DNA of 23,219 bases, taken from positions 1-23,219 of the forward strand of contig JAYTHU010000215.1 of the NCBI GenBank assembly GCA_043732305.1. The letters are read 5' to 3'. The DNA is from Oligoflexia bacterium (GTDB lineage Bacteria; Bdellovibrionota; Bdellovibrionia; JABDDW01). Below are positions 10,090 through 18,967 of this stretch, in pieces. The notes beneath the pieces are model-generated. The model saw nothing but the letters and a program-made list of their open reading frames with translations, ran no database searches and had not been told where the DNA came from. The number at the start of each line of letters is the position of its first letter. The first letter of the stretch is position 1. Both the position numbers and the translations under genes were made by a program.

Positions 10090-10979
10090 AATCTCTCCGC
10101 AAGAATTTTTATGTATTTTTTTAGGTCTTCGCCGATTTCCGGATGCTTCAAACCAAATTCGATATTTGCGCAAACAAATCCGAGTTTGTCTCCAGCATCG
10201 TAACGATCGGCATCGAAATTATAACCAAGCAGGCCTTCGGTTTCAGCTAACGTAGCCATAGCATCGGTCAATTGAATTTCTCCACCACGACCAGGCTTGG
10301 CTTCTTCTAAAACTTTAAATAATGTCGAAGTGAAAACGTAACGGCCAGGCAACGCCCAGCGACTTTTAGTTTCTGTCAAATTAGGTTTTTCAATTAATTT
10401 TATAATTTCAGAGTAACTTTTTTTCTTGATCTCGCTTTTAAGTTCCGCAATCCCGTACTTTTTAACTTCTGATTCTTCAACGTTCATAACGGCAACGGTG
10501 GATTTTCCAGTTTTTAAATAAGTGTCGACCAATTGCTTTGTGACATTGGGTGAACCATCCATGACTTCATCGCCCAGCAAAACGGCAAAAGGCTCGTCGC
10601 CAACAACAGATTTTGCACACAACACAGCGTGACCTAAACCAAGAGGATCTTTTTGACGGACACTCACCACGCGGCATAACTCAGATACATATTTAGCGAT
10701 TTTCAAAAGTTCGAGCTTATCTTGTTTGGCGAGAGTGTCTTCGAGCTCGTAATTACGATCGAAAAAATCTTCCAGAGAGCTTTTGTGGCGACCTGTCACA
10801 AAGATAATTTCTTCGATGCCTGCTTCGACGGCTTCTTCAACGATGTGAAGAATGAGCGGGCGGTCTACCAGAGGAAGCATTTCTTTGGGGATGGATTTCG
10901 TCGCGGGAAGAAATCTTGTACCTAAACCTGCGACGGGAATAACAGCTTTTCTAACTGGCTTGATGACGGATTTATTCAT
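10086..10979 (-). CDS. galU: UTP--glucose-1-phosphate uridylyltransferase
   Basis: KAVIPVAGLGTRFLPATK.IPKEMLP, GLGHAVLCA, EKP, GEIQLTDA. Confidence 0.96.
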   Translation of the reverse strand: MNKSVIKPVRKAVIPVAGLGTRFLPATKSIPKEMLPLVDRPLILHIVEEAVEAGIEEIIFVTGRHKSSLEDFFDRNYELEDTLAKQDKLELLKIAKYVSELCRVVSVRQKDPLGLGHAVLCAKSVVGDEPFAVLLGDEVMDGSPNVTKQLVDTYLKTGKSTVAVMNVEESEVKKYGIAELKSEIKKKSYSEIIKLIEKPNLTETKSRWALPGRYVFTSTLFKVLEEAKPGRGGEIQLTDAMATLAETEGLLGYNFDADRYDAGDKLGFVCANIEFGLKHPEIGEDLKKYIKILAERL

Positions 10980-11015
10980 TCTTACTTTAGATCATGTTCC
11001 AGGGCTGGCCGTCAA
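10980..11015 (-). promoter_or_regulatory. Promoter-like motif shared with nagZ
   Basis: TTGACG-N15-TGATCT-N9-ATG; 21/27 identical to 19807-19833. Confidence 0.5.
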
Positions 11016-11034
11016 TAACCTCAGGGTTTGTTGC

Positions 11035-12243
11035 TTAAGGCTTAGCAGATGCGGGAAGTCGAGCATGCCCGAGGCTTGCCAAAACGTTTTTATATTCCTG
11101 GCAAGTTTCATAATCCTTCAAGCGGAAGGGGTAGGGTCGAGTGATAAACGCAGGGTCTACCATCTTGGTTCCGTGTCTGATGGAAAAGTGCAAATGGGGG
11201 CTCGTGCAATATCCAGTGCAGCCAACCTTTGCAATGATGTCTCCAGCTTTGACTTTCAATCCAATGATCAAGTCCGTGGCAAAAGATTGGAGATGATTGA
11301 AGATCGAAAAATAACCATCGCCATGATCCATCACCACATAATTGCCATTGCCGTGTTTGTGAGAAATCTCCGTGATCACGCCATCACGAGAAGCATAGAC
11401 ATTTGATCCCTCAGGCAGCGCTAGATCAATTCCAAGATGAGGCTGGATGTTATGGCGCACGGGATGAAGGCGATGCTGATTGAAGGGGCTGGAGATATGG
11501 AGAAAATCAACTGGAGCGTAAAACTTGCGATCCAGAAAGCGTTGTTCTGGATCAATGAAAACGCGTTCGCCATTTCGGGTGAGGAGAACTTTCTTATAAT
11601 TCACACCCTTGATGGTGAGTTCGGCTTGAAGTACTTGACCAAATTTTACCATTTGGCCTTCGTCATATTTTTCTTCAACGATGATCTTAAAACTGTCTTG
11701 AGCGGTAATCTTCTTCTTGAGATTCAAGTCCCAAGCAAAGGCATCTTCAAATCGAGTGACGACCCATTCATCATGAAAGTGCTTATTGATACTTTCATCG
11801 ATGCTCCCGGCGATTGGTCCTTCAGCAGATTTGATGATGGTTTTGAATGCGATGTCTTTTCGATCCAAACCAGTCGCCGTCAATTCACTACTCCCCGTGG
11901 TTTTCCAAAAGATCAAAGCTGAATCACCATACTCGAGATAAAATCTAACTTCAGTTCTCAATTTGGCCGCGTCTTTGACCACTAAAAACTTATCTTGAGG
12001 ATTCATATGCCATTTGAGTGGAATGAGTTTGCTTTTAAGTAAAGTGTTGGCCTGAGCATGTGTAAAACCTTGGGCCATGAGAATCTCATCAAGTTGTTTG
12101 AAGGCTCCGCACTCTTTCACGGTGGCCTGGCTGGCGCTCTGAATATCGATTGCACTTTGAGCTAAACTCGTGAATAAATTGAGACCCGTGGTGAGGGCAA
12201 GTCCAATAACCAAACGCTTAGTTGTGAACAGACGAAAAGGCAT
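11035..12243 (-). CDS. M23 family peptidoglycan DD-endopeptidase (MepM/Csd3-like)
   Basis: HLGID (HxxxD) and HLH zinc motifs, GNGNYVV, Csd3/MepM-like middle domain (FAWDLNL..DSFKIIVEE), signal peptide. Start 12243 preferred (GGAGA SD 9 nt upstream); 12249 is an alternative. Confidence 0.9.
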   Translation of the reverse strand: MPFRLFTTKRLVIGLALTTGLNLFTSLAQSAIDIQSASQATVKECGAFKQLDEILMAQGFTHAQANTLLKSKLIPLKWHMNPQDKFLVVKDAAKLRTEVRFYLEYGDSALIFWKTTGSSELTATGLDRKDIAFKTIIKSAEGPIAGSIDESINKHFHDEWVVTRFEDAFAWDLNLKKKITAQDSFKIIVEEKYDEGQMVKFGQVLQAELTIKGVNYKKVLLTRNGERVFIDPEQRFLDRKFYAPVDFLHISSPFNQHRLHPVRHNIQPHLGIDLALPEGSNVYASRDGVITEISHKHGNGNYVVMDHGDGYFSIFNHLQSFATDLIIGLKVKAGDIIAKVGCTGYCTSPHLHFSIRHGTKMVDPAFITRPYPFRLKDYETCQEYKNVLASLGHARLPASAKP

Positions 12244-12247
12244 CAGC

Positions 12248-13117
12248 ATGAATCTCCAAAAGTTAGTGGCTTCGTTTTACTTAATCATAGGATTTCTATG
12301 CGTTTTTTGCAATTCGTCATTGTCGAATGCGCAAATATTTTACTCTGCCACTTCAGAGGCTACGGGCGAGACTGGGCGGGCTTCTTACGATGCTTTCGGT
12401 TCCCATTTTATGAATCCCGCGACCTTGGTCTTGGGGTCTGGATACAACTTGGGTGGAGCTTATCAAATGGCCAATCCTTCTCTGGAAACCCCGGTTTCTT
12501 CCACTGCGCTAATGGTCGATGAAAACGACCCTGAAAACTCAGTAGCAGCTGGTGTGGGATATGTTTACAAAAGACTTTCATTTGCAGATCATACTGCAGT
12601 GAATCAAGATTATTCACTCAGCGCCGCATTTAAGGTGTTTCAGAATTTTTCAGTGGGTCTCATTGGACATCAGATTATAAGTAATAACACTGCCAATGCC
12701 GGTTACCGACTTTTCAACCTTACTTTAGGTGCATTGTATAAGCCATCCCAGTACTGGCATTTTGGGTTCGTCGCTTATGATCTCATCGATGACGGAACGG
12801 GAAATTTGATTCCTGTTTTGGCCCTCGCTGCTGATGTGAATGTGATGGATATTTTTAAATTAAAAACCGACATCACGCGCCCCGATAAATTCAATCCATC
12901 CCATAATGTCACTTTAGGAACAGGGCTCGAATTTGATTTGGGTGAAGGTTTTATCCTCAGAACGGGAGGGTTTTGGGACACGGTCAACGCACAAACTTAT
13001 TTTACAGCAGGGTTGGGTTGGATTGGTCCAAAGTTGGCTGTCGCCTACGCCTTCAAAGACAATGTGAACGTCGCTGGTGGCGTGGCTCACACGTTTGAGA
13101 CATGGGTTAACTTTTAA
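12248..13117 (+). CDS. Outer-membrane beta-barrel, FadL/PorV-like
   Basis: Signal peptide MNLQK...SNA, NPA motif (MNPATL), alternating beta strands, C-terminal Phe (TWVNF). Confidence 0.75.
   Translation: MNLQKLVASFYLIIGFLCVFCNSSLSNAQIFYSATSEATGETGRASYDAFGSHFMNPATLVLGSGYNLGGAYQMANPSLETPVSSTALMVDENDPENSVAAGVGYVYKRLSFADHTAVNQDYSLSAAFKVFQNFSVGLIGHQIISNNTANAGYRLFNLTLGALYKPSQYWHFGFVAYDLIDDGTGNLIPVLALAADVNVMDIFKLKTDITRPDKFNPSHNVTLGTGLEFDLGEGFILRTGGFWDTVNAQTYFTAGLGWIGPKLAVAYAFKDNVNVAGGVAHTFETWVNF
12284..12312 (-). promoter_or_regulatory. sigma70 promoter for the M23 gene, inside the divergent OMP CDS
   Basis: TTGCAA-N17-TATGAT. Confidence 0.65.
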
Positions 13118-13176
13118 TCTTGTGCTTTGGAGCCGATTCGGATACAAAACGTCTTCAAACTAAGGAGTTTTTTCAA

Positions 13177-13305
13177 ATGGGTTCAAAAACTAAAACCACT
13201 GAATTGAAGCGCAAAAAACGTAAAACAAAAGAAGGCCGCGAGCGTAAAAGAATTCTGCGCAGCAAAGGCACCACTGTTAGCAATAAAGTGCTCTTCGGGG
13301 ATTGA
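13177..13305 (+). CDS. Small highly basic protein (42 aa)
   Basis: SD TAAGGAG at 13161-13167, ATG 13177; MGSKTKTTELKRKKRKTKEGRERKRILRSKGTTVSNKVLFGD; fills the gap between the OMP gene and tonB. Confidence 0.8.
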   Translation: MGSKTKTTELKRKKRKTKEGRERKRILRSKGTTVSNKVLFGD

Positions 13306-13314
13306 TCTTCTTAG

Positions 13315-14181
13315 TTATTTCTTTACGGCGTCTACCAAGCTGAATTTAAAAGGCTTATCCAACCAACCTTGTTTTCCAGGTTTGTACTTGTATTGAGTAA
13401 ACTTCTCGAGCGCCTCTTTATCTAAAAGCGGCGATCCTGAAGATTGCTGAACTGCTGCTGATTGCACCAATCCGTCTTTATTAATATAAGCTCTGACCAC
13501 GACTGTTCCTTGCTGGCGTCTCAGCCTAGACATCCAAGGATAATTGGGTGTTCGATTCCCATACTTTTCAGTTACCTGATTTTCTTGAATTGTCGTGCCT
13601 GGTGTTCCATAAACAGGAATGGGCGTCTTGATACCATCTGAAGTTCCGGGCTTTTCTGCGGCATCAGATTTACTAGCTACTGGTGACTCAGTGACGTGTG
13701 CTGGATCAGGGTTTTTTTCTTCTGTTACATTTTCTGCGGTCGGAGGTGTTGCCGCTTCTATGGGAGTAGCAGTTGGGACAGGCTCAGGAGTGGTTTCTTC
13801 TTTTTCTACTGCAGCTTCTTCTGCAACGTGAGTTGGCTCTTCAACTGGTTGCTCAGCAGGAATCACTACTGGTGACTCTTCCTGAGTTTCAACTTTGGAT
13901 GCCGCGTGAATTTTCTCCGCAGACTTGTCAGGAAGAAAAACAGGTTTAAATACTTTAGGTGTAGCTACAATGGGGGGATTCACATCTGCAACAGCTTTGG
14001 TTGCTGCTTGAATTGCCGGTGCTGCTGCCGCGGGGGCACTTCCGAAAGTTCCGATGGTCACCGTCTCTACATTTCCCTCAGGGAAAGCAACTTTGTAGCC
14101 AGCGCGTATGACAAATACTGCGAGCAAGCCATGAAGAATTATTGAAATCGACCAAGACCCAACGCTACGTTTTTCAGTCAT
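13315..14181 (-). CDS. tonB: Energy transducer TonB
   Basis: TM anchor with SxxxH (SIILH), Pro/Glu/Ala/Thr-rich linker, TonB_C domain (YP..SR...QGTVVV...QSSG..LLDKEA). Confidence 0.9.
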   Translation of the reverse strand: MTEKRSVGSWSISIILHGLLAVFVIRAGYKVAFPEGNVETVTIGTFGSAPAAAAPAIQAATKAVADVNPPIVATPKVFKPVFLPDKSAEKIHAASKVETQEESPVVIPAEQPVEEPTHVAEEAAVEKEETTPEPVPTATPIEAATPPTAENVTEEKNPDPAHVTESPVASKSDAAEKPGTSDGIKTPIPVYGTPGTTIQENQVTEKYGNRTPNYPWMSRLRRQQGTVVVRAYINKDGLVQSAAVQQSSGSPLLDKEALEKFTQYKYKPGKQGWLDKPFKFSLVDAVKK

Positions 14182-14921
14182 TTTTTGAAACCCAGGGTGA
14201 TTCGTTTTGATCCATCTATTGGATTTTGATCTATCAGAGCTTTAAAAGCAAACACTTCGCTCAATGCAGGTGAAGTCAAAACTTTTTCTGGCGAATCCTG
14301 AATGAGAATTTCTTTATTGTGAATGGCGCAGAGCTTATCGGCAAAGGAAGCCGTGAGTTCGAGTTCGTGTGCGGCCAAGACAAAGGTCGTGCCGATTTCT
14401 CTTTTCCAATCAAGCATCGTTTGTGAGAATTTTTTCTGCTGCAGCCAATCGAGATGCAAGAAAGGCTCGTCTATTAAAATTATTTCAGTGCCGAGGCTTA
14501 GAGTATGAGCCAGCCAAACGCGTTTGGCTTGTCCTGCAGAGAGAGTGAGTAAATTCTGGTTTAAGAAATTATTCACTTCTAACTTGTTGATAGCTTTTTC
14601 TTGGAGAGCGGTATTTTTATTAGTTTGAATCTCAAAAAGCTCCGCAACGCTGATGGAAAACGGAGCGAACGGATGACTTTCAAGCATGGAAAGTTTTTTG
14701 GCTCGATCATTCATGGAAAGTTTGGTCAAATTTTTTCCATCAATTTGAATTTCACCATGAGCAGTTTCAATCAGTCCTAGAAGAGTTCTAAGTAAAGTAG
14801 ATTTCCCTGCGCCATTGAGTCCAATGAAGCAGAATATTTCGGATTTCTTTATTTCAAAATCAATTTGATCGAGGACTAAAATTTTTCCATAACCGCAGGA
14901 GAGTTTACTCGCTTTGAGCAT
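14178..14921 (-). CDS. ABC transporter ATPase, BtuD/FecE type
   Basis: Walker A GLNGAGKST, signature LSAGQ, Walker B ILIDEP, HLD, H-loop AAHEL. Confidence 0.9.
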   Translation of the reverse strand: MLKASKLSCGYGKILVLDQIDFEIKKSEIFCFIGLNGAGKSTLLRTLLGLIETAHGEIQIDGKNLTKLSMNDRAKKLSMLESHPFAPFSISVAELFEIQTNKNTALQEKAINKLEVNNFLNQNLLTLSAGQAKRVWLAHTLSLGTEIILIDEPFLHLDWLQQKKFSQTMLDWKREIGTTFVLAAHELELTASFADKLCAIHNKEILIQDSPEKVLTSPALSEVFAFKALIDQNPIDGSKRITLGFKK

Positions 14922-15921
14922 TTTTTTTCTCCAGCAACATATAAATTAAAATGGGAGCACCAATCAGTGCCGCTAAACTTCCTGCAGGAATATCTCTTTG
15001 GGCTGCTATTGATCGGCCTATAGAGTCGGCTAAAAGCAAAAGCGTTCCGCCAATGAGAAAACTTGCGGCTAAAATATTTTGATGGTTAGAAGTTTTCAAA
15101 AATCTTCGCGCGAGGTGGGGGGAAACCAGTCCAATAAATCCGATCAACCCCGAGATCGAAATGGCCATTGCTGCAAAGAGCGTCGCGATGAAAATAAAAA
15201 TCGTCTTTTCTTTTTTGGCAGAAACGCCCAGAGACATAGCTTTAATATCTCCAAGAGCAAGAATATCTAGTTTGCGGGCATTCAAAAAAGTAAATGCCAG
15301 AGCAACTGTACAAAACGGGGAAAAATAGATAACCCATTCATCGCGCGGGCTTCCAAATTCGCCCATGAGCCAAGAGAGGGCCCACTGGCTTTTTTCAATC
15401 GGCAAAAGCGAAACGATGAATATAGAAACTGCGCCAAGAAGTAGCGAGAGCATCACTCCGGTAAGAATAAGTGAACGGCTTTCAGATTTCAATTTGCCCA
15501 TGGAGAAAATTAAAACTAACGTCACTGCCAAAAATGCACCAATGACTGAGAATGCGGGAAGCCAAATGTATGCTGGGATAAGAGCAAGATAGAGGGCAAT
15601 TGACGCACCTACAGCTCCGCCTCCGGAAATTCCTAAGGTGTAAGTGTCAGCTAATGGATTTCTTAGAAGTGCCTGAAGAATGCAACCTGATACGGCTAGA
15701 AGTGCGCCAACAAAAAACGCTGCTAACCCTCGACTGAATCTTATAACTTTTAAGGTCAGGAAAATTTCGGAGTCAACTGGATGGCCGGTTAAAAAATTAA
15801 TAATCTGATCCCAGCTTACGGAAATTTTTCCCAACTTTAAGGAGATAAGAAAACTCGCCAGAGCGAGAAGCAAAAGAGCAATTAATTTAAATTTTATTTG
15901 TTTTTGTTTGAGGCTTTTCAT
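14905..15921 (-). CDS. FecCD/BtuC-family ABC permease
   Basis: QALLRNPLAD.YTLGISGG, WLMG, A.SLGV, IGFIGLVSPH, IGAP motifs. Confidence 0.93.
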   Translation of the reverse strand: MKSLKQKQIKFKLIALLLLALASFLISLKLGKISVSWDQIINFLTGHPVDSEIFLTLKVIRFSRGLAAFFVGALLAVSGCILQALLRNPLADTYTLGISGGGAVGASIALYLALIPAYIWLPAFSVIGAFLAVTLVLIFSMGKLKSESRSLILTGVMLSLLLGAVSIFIVSLLPIEKSQWALSWLMGEFGSPRDEWVIYFSPFCTVALAFTFLNARKLDILALGDIKAMSLGVSAKKEKTIFIFIATLFAAMAISISGLIGFIGLVSPHLARRFLKTSNHQNILAASFLIGGTLLLLADSIGRSIAAQRDIPAGSLAALIGAPILIYMLLEKKNAQSE

Positions 15922-16829
15922 TCAATAGGAAGATCACGGATTATTTTGCAAATCTTTTCTACACCGATGAGCAATCGAGGGCCGGGGCGGGAAGTGGTGT
16001 CGGGATCTAAGATGTGAATTTCATTTTCGGGTAAATTGAATTTTTTAAATCTTTCTTTCCAAGCGCCAATAGCTTGAGCGCGTTCGGCGTCCGAATTGAA
16101 ATGTTCCACCAGCAAAAGTTTTTCGAAGGACCGAGATATAAACTCTTCACTCGAGATTCGAGGGTACCCAGATCTTTCGTCAAAAACATTTTGTCCACCG
16201 CAAAGCTCCAAAGATTCGTTCAGGAAGGTGTGGTTTCCGGCTACAATCAAAGGCTCAGATTGGACAGAGAGAAGTGCCGTTTTTTCTTTTGGTTTTTCAC
16301 CATGTTTTATCAATTCTAAATCTTTATACTTCTTTTTAAGTTTTTGAATTGAGTCATCCCAATCTTTTCTAAACTTTGTGCCCTTCGCTTTGTCTCCCAT
16401 CAGCATGGCGATAATCACGGCAGAATCACCAATGTCATTTAACTTTTTTATGGTTATGATTTCTGTTTTCAGTTTCAATCGATCAAGCTTGATGGCCGTT
16501 TCTTCCGAACCTTCTGACGGCACTAAAATCAAATCAGGTTTGAGAGACAAAATCTTTTCCATATCAGGTTTGGAGTAAGCGCCTACAGATGGAAGTTTTT
16601 TCGCTTCAAGCGGATAGTCTGAAAAATCACTGGTACCGACCAAGTTTTTTTCAAACCCCAGAGCATAAACCATTTCTGTTATGGAAGGGCTCAGCGCAAT
16701 AACTCGCGGTTGAACCGGATCTTTTTTAGTTGGAATTTTAAACGAAAGTTCAAGGTTTGCTGCCTGTGCCGACGACACTAATAAAACGGCTGAGATTATG
16801 ACGGAGATTTTAATTTTCATATTTTTCAT
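15918..16829 (-). CDS. Helical-backbone periplasmic binding protein, BtuF-like
   Basis: RVIALSPSITEMVYALG, SDFSDYP, EKILSLKPDL, RPGPR; Sec signal ending AQA; start at 16829 (or 16820). Confidence 0.88.
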   Translation of the reverse strand: MKNMKIKISVIISAVLLVSSAQAANLELSFKIPTKKDPVQPRVIALSPSITEMVYALGFEKNLVGTSDFSDYPLEAKKLPSVGAYSKPDMEKILSLKPDLILVPSEGSEETAIKLDRLKLKTEIITIKKLNDIGDSAVIIAMLMGDKAKGTKFRKDWDDSIQKLKKKYKDLELIKHGEKPKEKTALLSVQSEPLIVAGNHTFLNESLELCGGQNVFDERSGYPRISSEEFISRSFEKLLLVEHFNSDAERAQAIGAWKERFKKFNLPENEIHILDPDTTSRPGPRLLIGVEKICKIIRDLPIE

Positions 16830-16835
16830 GACTTC

Positions 16836-16866
16836 AAGATATAGAAAGCCCATGGCTAGGAGTCAA
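16836..16866 (-). promoter_or_regulatory. sigma70 promoter of the ABC-tonB operon, (near-)leaderless
   Basis: TTGACT-N17-TATATC-N8-ATG (or TATCTT-N6-ATG); no SD. Confidence 0.55.
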
Positions 16867-16885
16867 GATCTCATTGAATCGTTGA

Positions 16886-18961
16886 TTACTGGGGAAGGTT
16901 GATGATGGTGCCCGTGACACCATTTCCACCAAGATTGGTGATGGGCTGTGTGAGGAATTTTTCACTGACGATTTTAACCGAGTAGCCACTGCGTCCACCA
17001 TCGGCGGCAGGTTTCGCGATAAATTTTGGATAGTCTTGCGGCGTGTAAGAGTCCGCACGATACTGTCCCCAACTTGTTTTAAGATGGTCAGGGCTTGTTA
17101 ATTTCCAGAACGAATTCTGGGAACTCATTTGAGACAATCCTATCTGACTATTCGCATAGTTATTGGATTTTAGCCCTCCGACAATATATCCCACGTTGCT
17201 CGATAAATAAGGGACGCCATTTCCAAGATCTTCACACCCGACTGGGCAAAGATTGCTGTAGAAGTTTTGATTGCTGTAGTTCTGCACATCCGGTCCGAAA
17301 TTATCTCCGATGGAATAATAGAGCGAATCGAAGATATCGGGAGCTATTGCAATCAATTCTGCTGCTCGAAGTCCGGTGGGAGCTGCTGACGAATCTCCCA
17401 CTACGGCATCTATCTTGATGAGTTGACCATTTGAACCTGCTCCTGAATTGTTAGCATTATTAAAATTCGTAAATATTTGACCGTAATCTGACCCGAAAAG
17501 ATGAATTGAGCCTTGTGGATTATTTCCAAGTGCACTCATCCCCTGAACCTTTGCTGCTGCCGACTGCATTCCGAGCATGTCACCTGGATATTTAGAATAA
17601 TTTGGTGCAAAATTTGCCATTGGTATATTTGCATAGCTGTCACCAACTCGTGGTGGCAGAAGCGAGTCTGGCTTTTGCCCAGGCGCTGTATTTTTATCAC
17701 TTGTGGGCTGTCCTGGGGCCCAAGTTTTTGAATACCAAGGTCCCATTTTGCCGCCAAAAGGACTCGCATAAGCTTCAGCAGATAATGTGATAGTTTGAAC
17801 GCCAATTGGAGAAAATAACATCTTGGGGCGAGTCGATGCACGCACCCGAACGTATGCCATAACATAGGGATTTTTTTCGAATCCCACTAAGCTGCGAGGT
17901 TTATTTTGTGCGTCCGAATCTGATTCAGCTAAAAAAGCCCCGGCATCTTCTGCAGTAGCAAAATAGTCAGGAGTGAGAAGGCTTGACGCAGCTTGATAAT
18001 ACGACGAAGCCGCTGGATTGCCCGGAGCATTTACAGTCGTCCCGTCAAGTTCTTTGACCGTGCCAGAACAAGAACCGGGTATAGGGAAAATATCCACATA
18101 TGTCATTCGTGGAATGACATCGATTGGTACTAAAAATGGGCTGTTTCCAACCGAGTTGTAGAAATTAAAATTTTGAACTGACTGTCGATTTGCTAACGTC
18201 AGGTTTTTATTAAAAACATTTTGAGTAGTCGCACTTACAGAAGATCCAGAAATGTCTTGAAAATCTGAAGTGCTTTTTACGAGAAGTTTTTCAAGGTTTC
18301 GCATTACGATTCGACGATTCACAGCCGCAGTTTTAAAACTTGCGAGCAGCGTTGTTGCAAAATAAAGATTCCTGTCTGCACCTAATAAGCAGTCATCACT
18401 AAAACTAGCCGCGTTTTGCATACTGGTATTTTGAAATGAATTCAAAAAACTAAAAAGAGGTAAACTCTGAAAAGCTCCAAGTACGAGTGGTTTTAAAGCT
18501 GGAATATTAAATGAGGTACTTTTGCAAAAATTTTGGGTTGTGGATCCGCTATGTTCTTCCGCCCAAAAAGGATTTCTAACGCAAACCACTGGATAGGTGG
18601 GCTGTGTGTTATCGTATGCTGGCTGATTCTCAGCTGTCGCCACCATTTGACTGACGAAATCTTGAATGTTTGTTTCGCTACTGTGCAAATAAATGTGAGT
18701 TCGCCCGATATCCCCCAACGCCCAGAGCCTCCAGTTGAATAATTTCCAAACTTGGCGGATTTGATAATTCACGTGAGCCATGGTGTTCATGACTTCGGCT
18801 TGTTTCATGGCACCGTAGTAGGCGGCGACGTCTACGGAATTTTGTAAATTTATTTTGTCGTTGATGAGTAGGCCGACGTTAATGACCATCGCAAAAAAGA
18901 TAAAAACAAATTGAAATATAATTCCGACCAATATGGTGGCTTGGCCTCGCTGGTTTCTCAT
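16886..18961 (-). CDS. TadG-like / Tad-domain pilus-associated protein
   Basis: N-terminal RGQA prepilin-type site, TM helix, then G....K.NLQNSVDVAAYYGA Tad_N motif; large Cys-containing extracytoplasmic domain. Confidence 0.8.
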   Translation of the reverse strand: MRNQRGQATILVGIIFQFVFIFFAMVINVGLLINDKINLQNSVDVAAYYGAMKQAEVMNTMAHVNYQIRQVWKLFNWRLWALGDIGRTHIYLHSSETNIQDFVSQMVATAENQPAYDNTQPTYPVVCVRNPFWAEEHSGSTTQNFCKSTSFNIPALKPLVLGAFQSLPLFSFLNSFQNTSMQNAASFSDDCLLGADRNLYFATTLLASFKTAAVNRRIVMRNLEKLLVKSTSDFQDISGSSVSATTQNVFNKNLTLANRQSVQNFNFYNSVGNSPFLVPIDVIPRMTYVDIFPIPGSCSGTVKELDGTTVNAPGNPAASSYYQAASSLLTPDYFATAEDAGAFLAESDSDAQNKPRSLVGFEKNPYVMAYVRVRASTRPKMLFSPIGVQTITLSAEAYASPFGGKMGPWYSKTWAPGQPTSDKNTAPGQKPDSLLPPRVGDSYANIPMANFAPNYSKYPGDMLGMQSAAAKVQGMSALGNNPQGSIHLFGSDYGQIFTNFNNANNSGAGSNGQLIKIDAVVGDSSAAPTGLRAAELIAIAPDIFDSLYYSIGDNFGPDVQNYSNQNFYSNLCPVGCEDLGNGVPYLSSNVGYIVGGLKSNNYANSQIGLSQMSSQNSFWKLTSPDHLKTSWGQYRADSYTPQDYPKFIAKPAADGGRSGYSVKIVSEKFLTQPITNLGGNGVTGTIINLPQ

Positions 18962-18967
18962 ACCTTA

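Noticed and set aside
10090..10173. Longer start for the secreted protein
   Set aside because: Overlaps galU; the signal peptide begins at ATG 10089
10852..11922. Plus-strand ORFs of 184 and 161 aa
   Set aside because: Antisense to galU and the M23 gene; no SD or recognisable motifs
12170..12247. Upstream GTG start of the OMP
   Set aside because: Would place 26 residues before a clean signal peptide and overlap M23
16830..16885. Cobalamin riboswitch or Fur box before the ABC operon
   Set aside because: Only 56 nt, no B12-box or GATAATGAT-like repeat; space is filled by the promoter
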